Virus genome (UHGV): UHGV-0025827
DNA: 59,104 nt
DNA from: a virus
Strand: one strand, 5' to 3'
In this document: positions 10,511-19,853 of the stretch, one piece after another
Numbering within the stretch: the stretch's first letter is position 1
Layout: each line of letters opens with the position of its first letter
Position numbers and translations under genes: made by a program
Notes under the pieces: generated by a model
What the model saw: only the letters and a program-made list of their open reading frames with translations
Told to the model about the DNA's origin: nothing
The model's database searches: none

Positions 10511-11069
10511 GAAGATTGTATGTTCCGTGGGGATCGTAATTGCTGCGGTCTTCGGAACGTACACGGTGCAGGACACACCTAAGCGTTCTGCACCAACGCA
10601 GCTCGCGCCGCAGGGTAACCCGCTGCGCTTCAGCAAAGAAGCTATGGAGATTATCGGGAACGCCGAAGGTTGCCGACAAGACCCATACATGTGTCCGGCC
10701 AACCGTCTGACGGCTGGCATTGGCCACGCCGGGAATGATGTGCGTGCGGGTGTCGGGGTGTACTCCCTGGCCACGATTGAGAAGTGGTTCGCCGAAGACT
10801 TGTTCGACGCGCAGAACTGCATTGAGAAGTACGTTGAGGACCAGCTGGGCAGGCAACTGCCGCAGGGCGTGTTCGATGCGTTCGGCTCCTTCGTGTTCAA
10901 CATGGGCTGCGCGAAGTTCCGTGGCTACCCGGTGTACAAGCTACTCATCCAGGGCCAGTACAAGGCGGCATGTGACAGGCTACCGCTGTACGTCTACGGC
11001 GGTGGCGTGAAGCTGCCTGGCCTGGAGACGCGGCGCGGTAAGGAGCGGACGCTATGTCTAGGGCGTTAA
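10497..11069 (+). CDS. SAR endolysin (T4-lysozyme-like muramidase with an N-terminal signal-anchor)
   Basis: AAGGAG RBS; N-terminal hydrophobic SAR-like segment (IVCSVGIVIAAVFGTY); catalytic motif EG....PY......TAGIGH typical of GH24 phage lysozymes. Confidence 0.8.
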   Translation: MNRAKKIVCSVGIVIAAVFGTYTVQDTPKRSAPTQLAPQGNPLRFSKEAMEIIGNAEGCRQDPYMCPANRLTAGIGHAGNDVRAGVGVYSLATIEKWFAEDLFDAQNCIEKYVEDQLGRQLPQGVFDAFGSFVFNMGCAKFRGYPVYKLLIQGQYKAACDRLPLYVYGGGVKLPGLETRRGKERTLCLGR

Positions 11070-11557
11070 AAGTATTAGCGATGGCCACCTTAGTTGTGGC
11101 CATATTCTTATGCGGATATCTCACCGCCCGTTGGCAGGTGGCCGAACGGGATAAGGGGGAGGCGGAGAAGTCGGTGGTCCATGTCCAGGAGACGAACCAG
11201 GACAGAGCAGATGCGAAGGACGCGAATCTCGCAAATCTCCGGGGCGCTGAGACGTTTTATAAAGATGGGGTATACGATGACACCACTAAAACTGACGAGC
11301 TGTTACATCGCGTTCTGCGCATTACTGACGGGGTGCGCTCAGAAGCCGCAGGTGATACAGCCGACGCCGATAACCTTGCCACCCGTCTCAAGCGAGCTGA
11401 AGCCCGTGAAGCCAGACTTCGTGGAGCGCTTCGAATCGCGCTTGACGGAAATAGAGAAGATGCTCGGCGAGCCAATGATGTAGCTCGCCAGCTTAACCTC
11501 TGCATCAGTCAGCAGTTACTTGACCGTCAGCAGCTGGCTGAGTCCCAGCGTCGGTAA
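11054..11557 (+). CDS. i-spanin (Rz-like)
   Basis: 167 aa; N-terminal TM (LAMATLVVAIFLCGYL) then a charged coiled-coil; overlaps the endolysin end; contains an embedded +1-frame lipoprotein gene. Confidence 0.65.
   Translation: MSRALKVLAMATLVVAIFLCGYLTARWQVAERDKGEAEKSVVHVQETNQDRADAKDANLANLRGAETFYKDGVYDDTTKTDELLHRVLRITDGVRSEAAGDTADADNLATRLKRAEAREARLRGALRIALDGNREDARRANDVARQLNLCISQQLLDRQQLAESQRR
11277..11483 (+). CDS. o-spanin (Rz1-like lipoprotein) embedded in Rz
   Basis: +1 frame entirely inside Rz; lipobox LLTGC then a Pro-rich mature peptide; alternative start at 11265. Confidence 0.55.
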   Translation: MTPLKLTSCYIAFCALLTGCAQKPQVIQPTPITLPPVSSELKPVKPDFVERFESRLTEIEKMLGEPMM

Positions 11558-14500
11558 ATTTCTCCAGGTCCATTTCCTCCGGTACGCGAATCACCCAGCA
11601 CTTCGCGGACACCGGAGGCAATGAGTTCACGCCCACTGACATACGCTTCGTCTTCTGGACATTCTCGACCAGGTGCTTGTTGACCACCAGCTCCGGCGTC
11701 AGGCCATGCTGTTTGCACCAGGTCCGCAGGTGGCCAGAACGGACGAACATCAGCCGCTCGGCCATCTCGATACGGATACCCAGGTCACCCACAGGGATGC
11801 GTCTCACATAGCTGTCCATGTGCGTCGGCATATCCATCTGGTTGGCGTTGTTCGCCGAGGAAACCATGAGGATATCGCGCAGGCTATCAGCCAGGTAATC
11901 GTTGAGGCAGCTCTCGATCTCTTTCTTCGACTCGACCATGCTGAAGCGCATCCGGCGAACCATGCCCATCGCATACTCAACCACCGCAGGAATGTCGATG
12001 TTGGTCAGGCCCATCGTGTTAGACAGCTTGGCGGCTACGACAGCCGCAGCGATGGTGTTCATCCAGTAGCGTTCGTCCTGGCTGGCGATGTGCTTCTCTA
12101 CCCATGCCGCCATCGCCTTCGGAATCATGGCCAGCAGGTCAGGGTTGTCCAGCAGGCGCTGAATGAATACCTCGCCAGCGTGGCCATAGTTCTTGTTCAT
12201 CGCCGCCGTCATCTCGTTCGCCAGCGCCGGAGCGATACCAGCCATGTCCACTTCGAGTTCCAGGACACGCTTAATCTCACCATCACGGTCACGGGACAGC
12301 GCCTGCATCTTATCGAAGACGGTGTTGTTCGCCGACATAATGGTGATGGTGGACCAGCTACCGGATGCCATCATGCTCTGGCCACCGTCAGACAAGCGGT
12401 CCTTCTCACGGCCTTCCGACATTTGGAACAGCATCTCTGACAGGTCCACGTCGCTCAGGTTGGTAATCTCGTTCAGACACACTGGCAGGTTGTGACGCAT
12501 ACCCATGATGGCGAAGCGGCTGTTCATCGTTGACTGGATGTTCAGCAGCTGTTCTTCCGGGTGGCCCCACACACTGTTCACTGCGTGCTGGAGTGTCGTC
12601 TTACCAGTACCGGACAGGCGTGACCAGAAGTTCACGATACCGTTCTTGGCGATGCCTGGCGCAAAGTTCATGAGTGGTGCCGCAAACGCAAGCGCGATAC
12701 CCATCTGGCCCCATATAATATTATGCTTCTCGTAAAACTGCGGCACTGCCTTCCAGCCGTCGAGCGAGCCAGCGGTGGTAACCTTGTGTTCGGAGTAGCG
12801 TTGCAGCCTGGTAGGTAGGGCAACTTCAGAACGCGGCTGGTTCGCAGACAGGATGCACTCACCTAACACGAAGGTGCGGCGTTCGTCGCCCTGCTGGTTC
12901 GTGGCCACAGACCAACCGAAGTGTTCGCGCATATCCATGCACGGAATTTTGCGCTGGAGTTTAGCGAGGTATGTACGCATACATTCAATGACCTTCTTCT
13001 CGTTGCCTGACGTTGGCAGCATCTGATTGTTGAACAGCCAGGTGCGGATAGACTGGTCACTACCGAAGTCTCTGGCCGACATGCTGGCCTGGCGAGGCTT
13101 ATCGAACGGGTTGGTAATCTGGAACATGTAGGTCATCTGCTGGTCTGTGCGTCCCATGTTGGTACGGACGGCGTACAGCAGATAGAAGCATGATTCCAGG
13201 ATGACCTTCTCTTTGCGGATAGGGTCGCCACCGTCAACGTCTTCTTCCCACACATGGACAAGCCCCTGGCCTTCGCGCATAACGAAGCGTGGGTCTTCCA
13301 GTGGGTAGGCGACGAACCCTTTAATGTCCAGCGTCTTCGCTGGTGGTGCTTTGATTGGTTCCTGGACGGCGATGACTTTGGATTCGACAGGAGCCGATGG
13401 GTCTGGCTGGGCCTGCTGGGTGCTGACTTCGCTGACCGGGATACGTCCCAGCTCCGCAGGGGTCACCACCTTCCCGAAGTACGGGCAGTTCACGCATACG
13501 CCTGGGTTGTTCGCGTCGAACGAACGGCAGGACGCAGGGCCGTTACTGCCATGCACCACATCGTGGTCGTACTTCTGGAAGAACTGCGCGTCGTTGTGGC
13601 GTGGGTCCGCAGCAGAAATCTCGCGTGCAGTCTCGCGGCCAGTCGGGCAGCAGTTCATCACGGTCATCATGTTGAACCAGTTCGGGTACAGCTGGGAGCC
13701 AGCCGTCGCGACCTGCTCGCAGTTACGCACGATACGGTCAGCGTCCTTGTTGCGCTCGGCCATCATCGCGTGACCCATCACCGCCTGGAAGTTGCCGTTG
13801 TTCCACAGCGCGGCCAGCACAGGGTTGTTCGCGATGTTGGCTGGTGCCTGGTTTTCCTGGCGCACAATGTTCACAGGCTTCACGCCGTTGGCCACAGCGT
13901 ATTGCTTCACCGCGCTGACGAACGCTACCGGGTCCACCAGCTTGAGCGGCGTCAGTGCCGCCACAGGCTTCAGCTGGCCATGCTTGTGGTTGTGCGTACC
14001 AACCGGGCGGAGTACACGCGCCTCATCGGTGGTACATTGTGAGTCGGTCAGGACGCCAACGTGCGATACAACGCCGGAGAACAGGCACGCTACCTTCTTC
14101 CACATGGCGGCAGAGATCGCCTTCTCCAGTACCCAATAGCAGTGGATACCGTTACCGGAGTTAACCACCAGCGGAGTCGGCAGACCTACTGTCTTAGTAA
14201 GCTGGACCACCGCCAGGCACGCAGCCTTCTGGTCCGGGTAGTCTTTGCCTACGCCGCAGTCCAGGTCGAGCCAGAACGACTTGATGGCCCTGGCGTTCTC
14301 CTGGGTACGGAAGACTTTCTTCGGCGAACCGTCAGCCTTCGTGCGTCCCATAGGGTCGTTGTGCCATCCCTTTTCAAATCCAGCCATCGCATAGAAAGCG
14401 TCCTGGCCATCGGCGTCGGCCTGCAAACAATACACCGCCACGTCACGCGGAGTGGACAGCGCCTTCTGTGATGGTTTGCGAGTAGCCGGGTCGATGGAAG

Positions 14501-14570
14501 TGGCAGCGTAAACCGCGCCTTCTGGAAGGATTTGAGAAAGGAATTGCTCAATAGATAATGTCATGTCCAT
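11505..14570 (-). CDS. bifunctional primase-polymerase (AEP) / SF3 (D5-like) helicase
   Basis: About 1020 aa; AEP-type acidic motif LDLDCG in the N-terminal region; Walker A SGTGKTT and SF3-like downstream motifs in the C-terminal half; ATG at 14570/14564 preferred over the TTG at 14621. Confidence 0.85.
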   Translation of the reverse strand: MDMTLSIEQFLSQILPEGAVYAATSIDPATRKPSQKALSTPRDVAVYCLQADADGQDAFYAMAGFEKGWHNDPMGRTKADGSPKKVFRTQENARAIKSFWLDLDCGVGKDYPDQKAACLAVVQLTKTVGLPTPLVVNSGNGIHCYWVLEKAISAAMWKKVACLFSGVVSHVGVLTDSQCTTDEARVLRPVGTHNHKHGQLKPVAALTPLKLVDPVAFVSAVKQYAVANGVKPVNIVRQENQAPANIANNPVLAALWNNGNFQAVMGHAMMAERNKDADRIVRNCEQVATAGSQLYPNWFNMMTVMNCCPTGRETAREISAADPRHNDAQFFQKYDHDVVHGSNGPASCRSFDANNPGVCVNCPYFGKVVTPAELGRIPVSEVSTQQAQPDPSAPVESKVIAVQEPIKAPPAKTLDIKGFVAYPLEDPRFVMREGQGLVHVWEEDVDGGDPIRKEKVILESCFYLLYAVRTNMGRTDQQMTYMFQITNPFDKPRQASMSARDFGSDQSIRTWLFNNQMLPTSGNEKKVIECMRTYLAKLQRKIPCMDMREHFGWSVATNQQGDERRTFVLGECILSANQPRSEVALPTRLQRYSEHKVTTAGSLDGWKAVPQFYEKHNIIWGQMGIALAFAAPLMNFAPGIAKNGIVNFWSRLSGTGKTTLQHAVNSVWGHPEEQLLNIQSTMNSRFAIMGMRHNLPVCLNEITNLSDVDLSEMLFQMSEGREKDRLSDGGQSMMASGSWSTITIMSANNTVFDKMQALSRDRDGEIKRVLELEVDMAGIAPALANEMTAAMNKNYGHAGEVFIQRLLDNPDLLAMIPKAMAAWVEKHIASQDERYWMNTIAAAVVAAKLSNTMGLTNIDIPAVVEYAMGMVRRMRFSMVESKKEIESCLNDYLADSLRDILMVSSANNANQMDMPTHMDSYVRRIPVGDLGIRIEMAERLMFVRSGHLRTWCKQHGLTPELVVNKHLVENVQKTKRMSVGVNSLPPVSAKCWVIRVPEEMDLEKFTDAGTQPAADGQVTAD

Positions 14571-14622
14571 GCCCTTATGTGTCGGAGGTGGTAGTCTAGA
14601 CCCCTCCCAATCGGGGTTCAAG

Positions 14623-14922
14623 TTACTCTGTGGCCCCGGTTACTACGTCTGCCTTAACCCCTAGTACCCGACGCAGCTCCGCGTCGTAGTCAAATACGAG
14701 TGGCAAATCTTCGTTTTCCAGCGCCACATTAATCTTTTCGGTCAGGGTAATCAGCAGCTTCTGCATGTCCTCGTTCGGCATGAAGCGCTGCTTCTCCCAA
14801 AAGTACGGGGTGCCCCGTGATACTCCCACTATCCGCGCTACCGAAGCAGCGGGGATGCCAGCCTTGCGGGTGGCATCCATAAATGGGAGCACAACATTAT
14901 CATAAATCTGTTGTGCTCGCAT
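14623..14922 (-). CDS. small HTH-like protein
   Basis: 99 aa; AGGAGG RBS; helix-turn-helix-like segment GIPAASVARIVGVSRGT. Confidence 0.5.
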   Translation of the reverse strand: MRAQQIYDNVVLPFMDATRKAGIPAASVARIVGVSRGTPYFWEKQRFMPNEDMQKLLITLTEKINVALENEDLPLVFDYDAELRRVLGVKADVVTGATE

Positions 14923-14934
14923 ACCTACCTCCTG

Positions 14935-16140
14935 TTACGCGAATGCGCCATCGTCCATCAGGCCAGCCAGAGCTGACTTCAGGGCGTCGTCTTCAACCGG
15001 AGCCTGCTGCTGTACCGGGGCCTGCTGCTGTACTGGCTGCTGGGCTACAGTTTCCTGCACCGGAGCCTGCTGCTGTACTGGCTGCTGTACTGGCTGCTGC
15101 TGTACTGGCTGCTGCACCGGAGCCTGCGCCTGCTGGACAGCCTGGGTCATCTCGTTCGCCAGGTTGTTCAGGTCACCAGCCACTTCCTGGCGGACAGTCT
15201 GCTGGACTGGCTGCTGGGCTACGGTCTGCTGCACAGGCTGCTGCTGGACGGCCTGCTGTACCGGAGCCTGCTGCTGTACTGGCTGCTGAACAACCTGCTG
15301 CGCTGGCTGCTGGACAACCTGCTGCGCGGCCTGCTGGATAGGAGCCTGCGCTGCTTCAGTGGCAGGTGCCGCCGCTGGTGCGCCACGACGCCAGTCAAGC
15401 AGCTCCGTGATTTTCGGGTCTTTGATGGTTTCCACCACACGCATCAGAGTGTTCGGGTCGAGCACCTGAATCTGGCCCTGCGCGTTCACGATAGGAACGA
15501 AGCGGATGACCGGAACAGACTGGCTCTGGTCGAACATCATCTTCGTCATGCAGGCGGCAGGGATCATTCCGTGGGTCTTCATCAGGCCCATGTAGTTGCT
15601 GAAGCTGTACGCCTTGCCGAACGCGAAGTTGCCGATGTTGATATCGTCACCGAAGGTAGTCATACCACCCATGTCGAACACGAACGGGTTCTCCAGGTCA
15701 ACGAATGGCTGGCCAGCCTGGTCAGCTGCGACGGCGGCGATAACAATACGGCGGCGAACGCTGAACTGGTTGCGGCCATCAGCATCTTTCACCATCACGG
15801 ACGCCGGAACGTTTGACGGTGGCTGCTCGCCCATCGCCCAGATAGCATCTGGCTCAACGCCTTCTTCGCCGTTGTACTTGTTCTGATACCAGACACAATA
15901 CTGGTCAGGGGAGATGCCCAGGATAACGAAGTCCAGAGCGTTAGGTTCCTGGCGAACCTCCTGGCCACCTACGATGAGGCGGATACGGTTGCCCTTCAGG
16001 CTGACGCGGTTAAAGCCACCGCCGAAGGTATCCATCGCCGGAGCAAAGTTAGCCAGCAGGATATCACGCATCTCTGCGGGCAGCGTCGGCATCAGGTTCT
16101 GTGCAAAGTTCGGCAGGGTTGCGAGTGCGTTAGTAGTCAT
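14935..16140 (-). CDS. SSB-like protein candidate with a Q/P-rich repetitive linker and an acidic C-terminal tail
   Basis: 401 aa; AAGAGGA RBS; C-terminal third is tandem QQPVQQ/QQAPVQQ repeats ending in an acidic tip (VEDDALKSALAGLMDDGAFA), as in SSB C-termini. Confidence 0.45.
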   Translation of the reverse strand: MTTNALATLPNFAQNLMPTLPAEMRDILLANFAPAMDTFGGGFNRVSLKGNRIRLIVGGQEVRQEPNALDFVILGISPDQYCVWYQNKYNGEEGVEPDAIWAMGEQPPSNVPASVMVKDADGRNQFSVRRRIVIAAVAADQAGQPFVDLENPFVFDMGGMTTFGDDINIGNFAFGKAYSFSNYMGLMKTHGMIPAACMTKMMFDQSQSVPVIRFVPIVNAQGQIQVLDPNTLMRVVETIKDPKITELLDWRRGAPAAAPATEAAQAPIQQAAQQVVQQPAQQVVQQPVQQQAPVQQAVQQQPVQQTVAQQPVQQTVRQEVAGDLNNLANEMTQAVQQAQAPVQQPVQQQPVQQPVQQQAPVQETVAQQPVQQQAPVQQQAPVEDDALKSALAGLMDDGAFA

Positions 16141-16150
16141 AATGGTCCTC

Positions 16151-16561
16151 TTACGCTTTAGTGAATTTCAGTGTTGGTTTCTCTACGACTTCGACGCCCA
16201 TGTTCACGGGGTCGTAGCCTTGCTCAATCAAACTAGTGATGGTGCCGAGTGCTGCACGCTGCTGGAACACAGCGGTAGCATCCGATACCGGACCACCGTT
16301 CTTCAGTGCTGACGCTGCCTGCATGACAACGAATCTCGCCAGCTTTTCCTTGTCCCGGATTTCTACGTGGTCACGCGAACCCGTTTCAAATCGTCCAACT
16401 CCTTCGAAGTTGATAGTCTTCATGCCCTGGACGCTCATCGCATTGATGATCATCCCCATCATTTTTTCTTCCAGCTCTTTCATCTGGTCGATGACCTTCT
16501 CACGCTCTTTGCGTTTCGCACGCAGAGCAGAGAATTTTTCCGCCAGCTCGTTAAGTTCCAT
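16151..16561 (-). CDS. hypothetical protein
   Basis: 136 aa from ATG 16561, preceded by GGGAGG; coiled-coil N-terminus. Confidence 0.65.
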   Translation of the reverse strand: MELNELAEKFSALRAKRKEREKVIDQMKELEEKMMGMIINAMSVQGMKTINFEGVGRFETGSRDHVEIRDKEKLARFVVMQAASALKNGGPVSDATAVFQQRAALGTITSLIEQGYDPVNMGVEVVEKPTLKFTKA

Positions 16562-16614
16562 CGTTACCTCCCGTTGTCCACGAATGAGAATGTACACCTA
16601 TATACAATACTTGT

Positions 16615-18339
16615 CTACACTTCATTTGGGTCAACCGTAAACATGTCGTTGATTGCCTCGTTGATACTGACGCCCAGCTTGATGCTGCGGAACAGCTTGC
16701 GTTCCTCCGCACACGCTGACTGGTGGACAATCTGAATGCTGTCCGCCTTCTGCTTCAGCGAACTCATACGCTCCACCGCCTGCTGGTACACGAACTCGCC
16801 AGAGATCGGTGGCCCGTAGAACACCATCGTGTCCGCCGCTGCCAGCTCGACGCCGAACGCGGTAGTCTTCGGATGGCATAATATTACGTGCGGGTCTTTC
16901 TCGTTCTGGAACGCGTTGAATATCTGGTCGCGCTTCGCCCCGGTCACGCGGCCATCGACAACGCCGACAGTGTAGCCACGCTGCTTCAGGTGCTTCTCTA
17001 CCAGGTCGATGACTGCGGTGAAGGCACAGAACACCACCACCTTCTGCGTCGCCGACTCGATAATCTCCACCAGCCCGTCGATGCGTGACTTCACATCCAG
17101 CTCCACCACCGCGTCGCCCTCGGCCTTCACAACACCCTGGGCAATCTGTAGCAGTTTGAAGGTCAGTGCCGCCTTCGTCGGTGCTTTGATTTCCTCACCG
17201 CTCGTGGCAAGCGCCACCATATCCTCACGGATTTTCTTATACAGCTTCGTCTGTTCGGTAGACATGTCTGCGTCAGCGCCACGGTTCGTGACAGGCGGCA
17301 GTGTCATAATGTCTTTCTTATCGAAGCGGATGCACGGCTGCATGTGCTGGAATATCTTGTCCTTGTATCCCTCGCGTGGCACCCACTTGAACCCGAACTG
17401 AATCATGGTGGAGTCGCGCCATGCCGTGAACGACATGCTCATGTTCTGCGGCGTCACCAGTTTAATCTGGCCGTACACCATCTCCGGGTCGCCTGGCGTA
17501 CCCGTCAGCCCCCACACATACTCGACTGCCCTGCCATCCTTCAGACGGCGGCGGCGGTCCTTCAGCTTAACTGTCTCGCCCTTACCGTTCCTGATAGTTT
17601 TGCCTGGGGTAATCTCCCAGCGCGTCCCGTTCAGTACCTGGTCGGCGGCGTCCCACAGCTGGCTGCGGGTGTTAGCGTAGTGGGTCAGCTCATCCGCAAT
17701 AGCGATGGATATGCGGCCACTCTCTACGCACTTAATCAGCTCATCCTTTACGATCTTAATGCCATCGTAGTTGATGATATAAAAGTCAGCGTCCTGCTTC
17801 AGCAGCTCCCGGCGCTTGCGCGGGTCTTTGTGGTGAACCACAACCACCGTAGCGTTCGGATACATCCCCAGGATTTCCTTCTCCCATACACCGCGCAGGT
17901 TCGTCTTCGTCGCGATGCAAAGGCACCCCGTCACGAGGCGACGCTCCTGTAAGAATCTCGCGGCCACGATACCGCTGGCCGTCTTCCCGGTACGCATGGT
18001 GTTCGTGCAGTAGCCACGGCGATTTTCTGACAGGAACGCCGCCGTGGTTATCTGGTGTGGCATCAGTGGGAACTCGCCCTCTACCAGTGGTAGCTGGCAG
18101 GCGTGGCGCAGTATCTCCAGCCCACGGGTGTTGCAGTTCAGGTTACGCAGCAGCTGTAGCGAGTCCATCTCGTATGGGATGCCGACCAGGTGCATACCCT
18201 GGAACGGAGCCACACGACAATGCGATGGTGGAAAGCTGTTCTGGAAACGTAGCGCTTCCCGTACCTTCAGCACCAGCATCTTCTTGTTGGGCGAAAGGTA
18301 CGCGCCCTCCTTCAGACGCGTCCAGTCGTTAGTTACCAT
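16615..18339 (-). CDS. SNF2/DEAD-like superfamily-2 helicase
   Basis: About 574 aa; DExH box (IADELTHY), GLTGTP motif and helicase C-terminal features; ATG 18339 with GGGGAAG RBS. Confidence 0.8.
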   Translation of the reverse strand: MVTNDWTRLKEGAYLSPNKKMLVLKVREALRFQNSFPPSHCRVAPFQGMHLVGIPYEMDSLQLLRNLNCNTRGLEILRHACQLPLVEGEFPLMPHQITTAAFLSENRRGYCTNTMRTGKTASGIVAARFLQERRLVTGCLCIATKTNLRGVWEKEILGMYPNATVVVVHHKDPRKRRELLKQDADFYIINYDGIKIVKDELIKCVESGRISIAIADELTHYANTRSQLWDAADQVLNGTRWEITPGKTIRNGKGETVKLKDRRRRLKDGRAVEYVWGLTGTPGDPEMVYGQIKLVTPQNMSMSFTAWRDSTMIQFGFKWVPREGYKDKIFQHMQPCIRFDKKDIMTLPPVTNRGADADMSTEQTKLYKKIREDMVALATSGEEIKAPTKAALTFKLLQIAQGVVKAEGDAVVELDVKSRIDGLVEIIESATQKVVVFCAFTAVIDLVEKHLKQRGYTVGVVDGRVTGAKRDQIFNAFQNEKDPHVILCHPKTTAFGVELAAADTMVFYGPPISGEFVYQQAVERMSSLKQKADSIQIVHQSACAEERKLFRSIKLGVSINEAINDMFTVDPNEV

Positions 18340-18724
18340 AGACTTCCCCGGTGTAGTAAATGCCCAGCGCCTGCGCACCTACGCGAACCATCAGCGGCGT
18401 GATGTATCCGGTGGCCGCAAGCATCTTGTCTGTGTCAGCGATGAGCTGCTCCAGCAAGTGGTAGTTCTTAATGTCCAGGACCAGGGTGATGCCGCCCGAT
18501 TCGCGAATCTCTTTCATCGCGTCACGCTGCAATGCAGTCGGCCCCTTCTCGTCAGTGTCATACTTCGCTTCGATGGTCAGGTAGATGCCACGGAACACCG
18601 TGTCGAAGTCTGGCCAGCCGGACTTCCCGTAGCCCATCGTAGTCTTCATGGAGTATTTGATCTTCGCTGCGTCAAGAATCTTCTTGACCTCATCCTTCAC
18701 GTAACCTTCAGGAGTCTTTGCCAT
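18329..18724 (-). CDS. VRR-NUC domain nuclease (PD-(D/E)XK)
   Basis: 132 aa; GWPDF...IEAK arrangement (D...E.K) typical of VRR-NUC; overlaps the helicase start. Confidence 0.7.
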   Translation of the reverse strand: MAKTPEGYVKDEVKKILDAAKIKYSMKTTMGYGKSGWPDFDTVFRGIYLTIEAKYDTDEKGPTALQRDAMKEIRESGGITLVLDIKNYHLLEQLIADTDKMLAATGYITPLMVRVGAQALGIYYTGEVYGN

Positions 18725-19100
18725 CGTCGTGCTCCAGCAGAACCTGTCCGGGCGGCAACTGCTCGCGTGCTGGGTAGCCGTACAGCCCCCGGTGCAGGCT
18801 GTCAATGAAGTGCTGCGCCAGTATCACCCTGCCATTAAGCACCAGGCTTACTGCGGCCAGGTTCGGTACTGGAATGCACAGCACGTTGAATAAGACTGCG
18901 TTGGTGGTGCCACTCACGCGCCTCTGCATATCGTACAGCGTCACGCCCTGACCTTCCGGGCGGTACGTGTTGATATACATCTTCAGCATTGGCACCATTG
19001 GTTCCGGTAGCAATGCAGCAGACAACAGAAAGCCGTGGAGTTCCGCACCCCTGCTTGCTTGTGCGATGAGGTCTACAACCTCATCCATATGCCCTGCCAT
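18708..19100 (-). CDS. hypothetical protein
   Basis: 130 aa; a motif copy (CATAACATTATAG on the minus strand) lies 18 nt upstream of its ATG. Confidence 0.55.
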   Translation of the reverse strand: MAGHMDEVVDLIAQASRGAELHGFLLSAALLPEPMVPMLKMYINTYRPEGQGVTLYDMQRRVSGTTNAVLFNVLCIPVPNLAAVSLVLNGRVILAQHFIDSLHRGLYGYPAREQLPPGQVLLEHDDGKDS

Positions 19101-19121
19101 GTCGTTTCTCCCACTATAATG

Positions 19122-19808
19122 TTATGCGTTCTTACCGTTGTGCGGGCAGCTCAGTACGTCGCACCACTGGCCACACAGGCCGTTGCGGATTGCCGGGAAC
19201 TGGTCAGCCGCGCAAGCCTGTTCGTAGCGTGCCACGTCCAGGAGCAAGCCCTGCACCGGAGCCAGGTCAACCAGGTCGAAGCTGTCCATCATCAGCTGGC
19301 CATGCTTCACATGCACCCACAGGTTCAACGTCTTCGTGTACCCCGTGTTGTGCTTGGCGCACAGGCTCAGGATACGCGACTGCGTTTTGTCGTGCTTTGG
19401 CTTCCCGGTCTTCCAGTCCACGTTGATGTTCAGCTGGTGCGTATCGTCCTTAAAGAACACGTCCGCAATCCCACGCAGCCACGGCTTCTTCGGCGGCTTC
19501 GCCAGCCAGGTGGTCGGCTCGAAGTTGCGCGTGATGCACATCTTGTGCTCGACGTACATCGTCATGCCTGGCTGCGCAGCCATCATCCGACACCAGTCTA
19601 CCATCGGTTGCATGAACTCCGCAGCAGGAATCAGTGCCGCCCCTTCCTTCAGTGTCTTCTCGACGCTCTTGTGAACCATGTCACCGAACAACGCCGCTTC
19701 GTTCTGCTGGAACACCACCTCTTTGGTGATGTACTTCGCCTGGTACTGACGCGGACACGTCAGGAATACGTTCAATAACGATGGCGTTATTGGTAATGGT
19801 GTAGCCAT
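19122..19808 (-). CDS. Cas4/RecB-like PD-(D/E)XK exonuclease with a Cys cluster
   Basis: ATG 19808 preceded by GGAGGG; N-terminal CPRQY Cys plus C-terminal CGQWCDVLSCPH, the one-plus-three Cys arrangement of Cas4/AddB-type nucleases. Confidence 0.75.
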   Translation of the reverse strand: MATPLPITPSLLNVFLTCPRQYQAKYITKEVVFQQNEAALFGDMVHKSVEKTLKEGAALIPAAEFMQPMVDWCRMMAAQPGMTMYVEHKMCITRNFEPTTWLAKPPKKPWLRGIADVFFKDDTHQLNINVDWKTGKPKHDKTQSRILSLCAKHNTGYTKTLNLWVHVKHGQLMMDSFDLVDLAPVQGLLLDVARYEQACAADQFPAIRNGLCGQWCDVLSCPHNGKNA

Positions 19809-19853
19809 AATCGTCCCTCCAGTGAATTGTCTGGCTATGTTAACACACAATGA

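Noticed and set aside
14571-14621. TTG-initiated N-terminal extension of the primase-helicase
   Set aside because: The ATG at 14570/14564 is preferred. The TTG extension would abut the upstream gene without an RBS.
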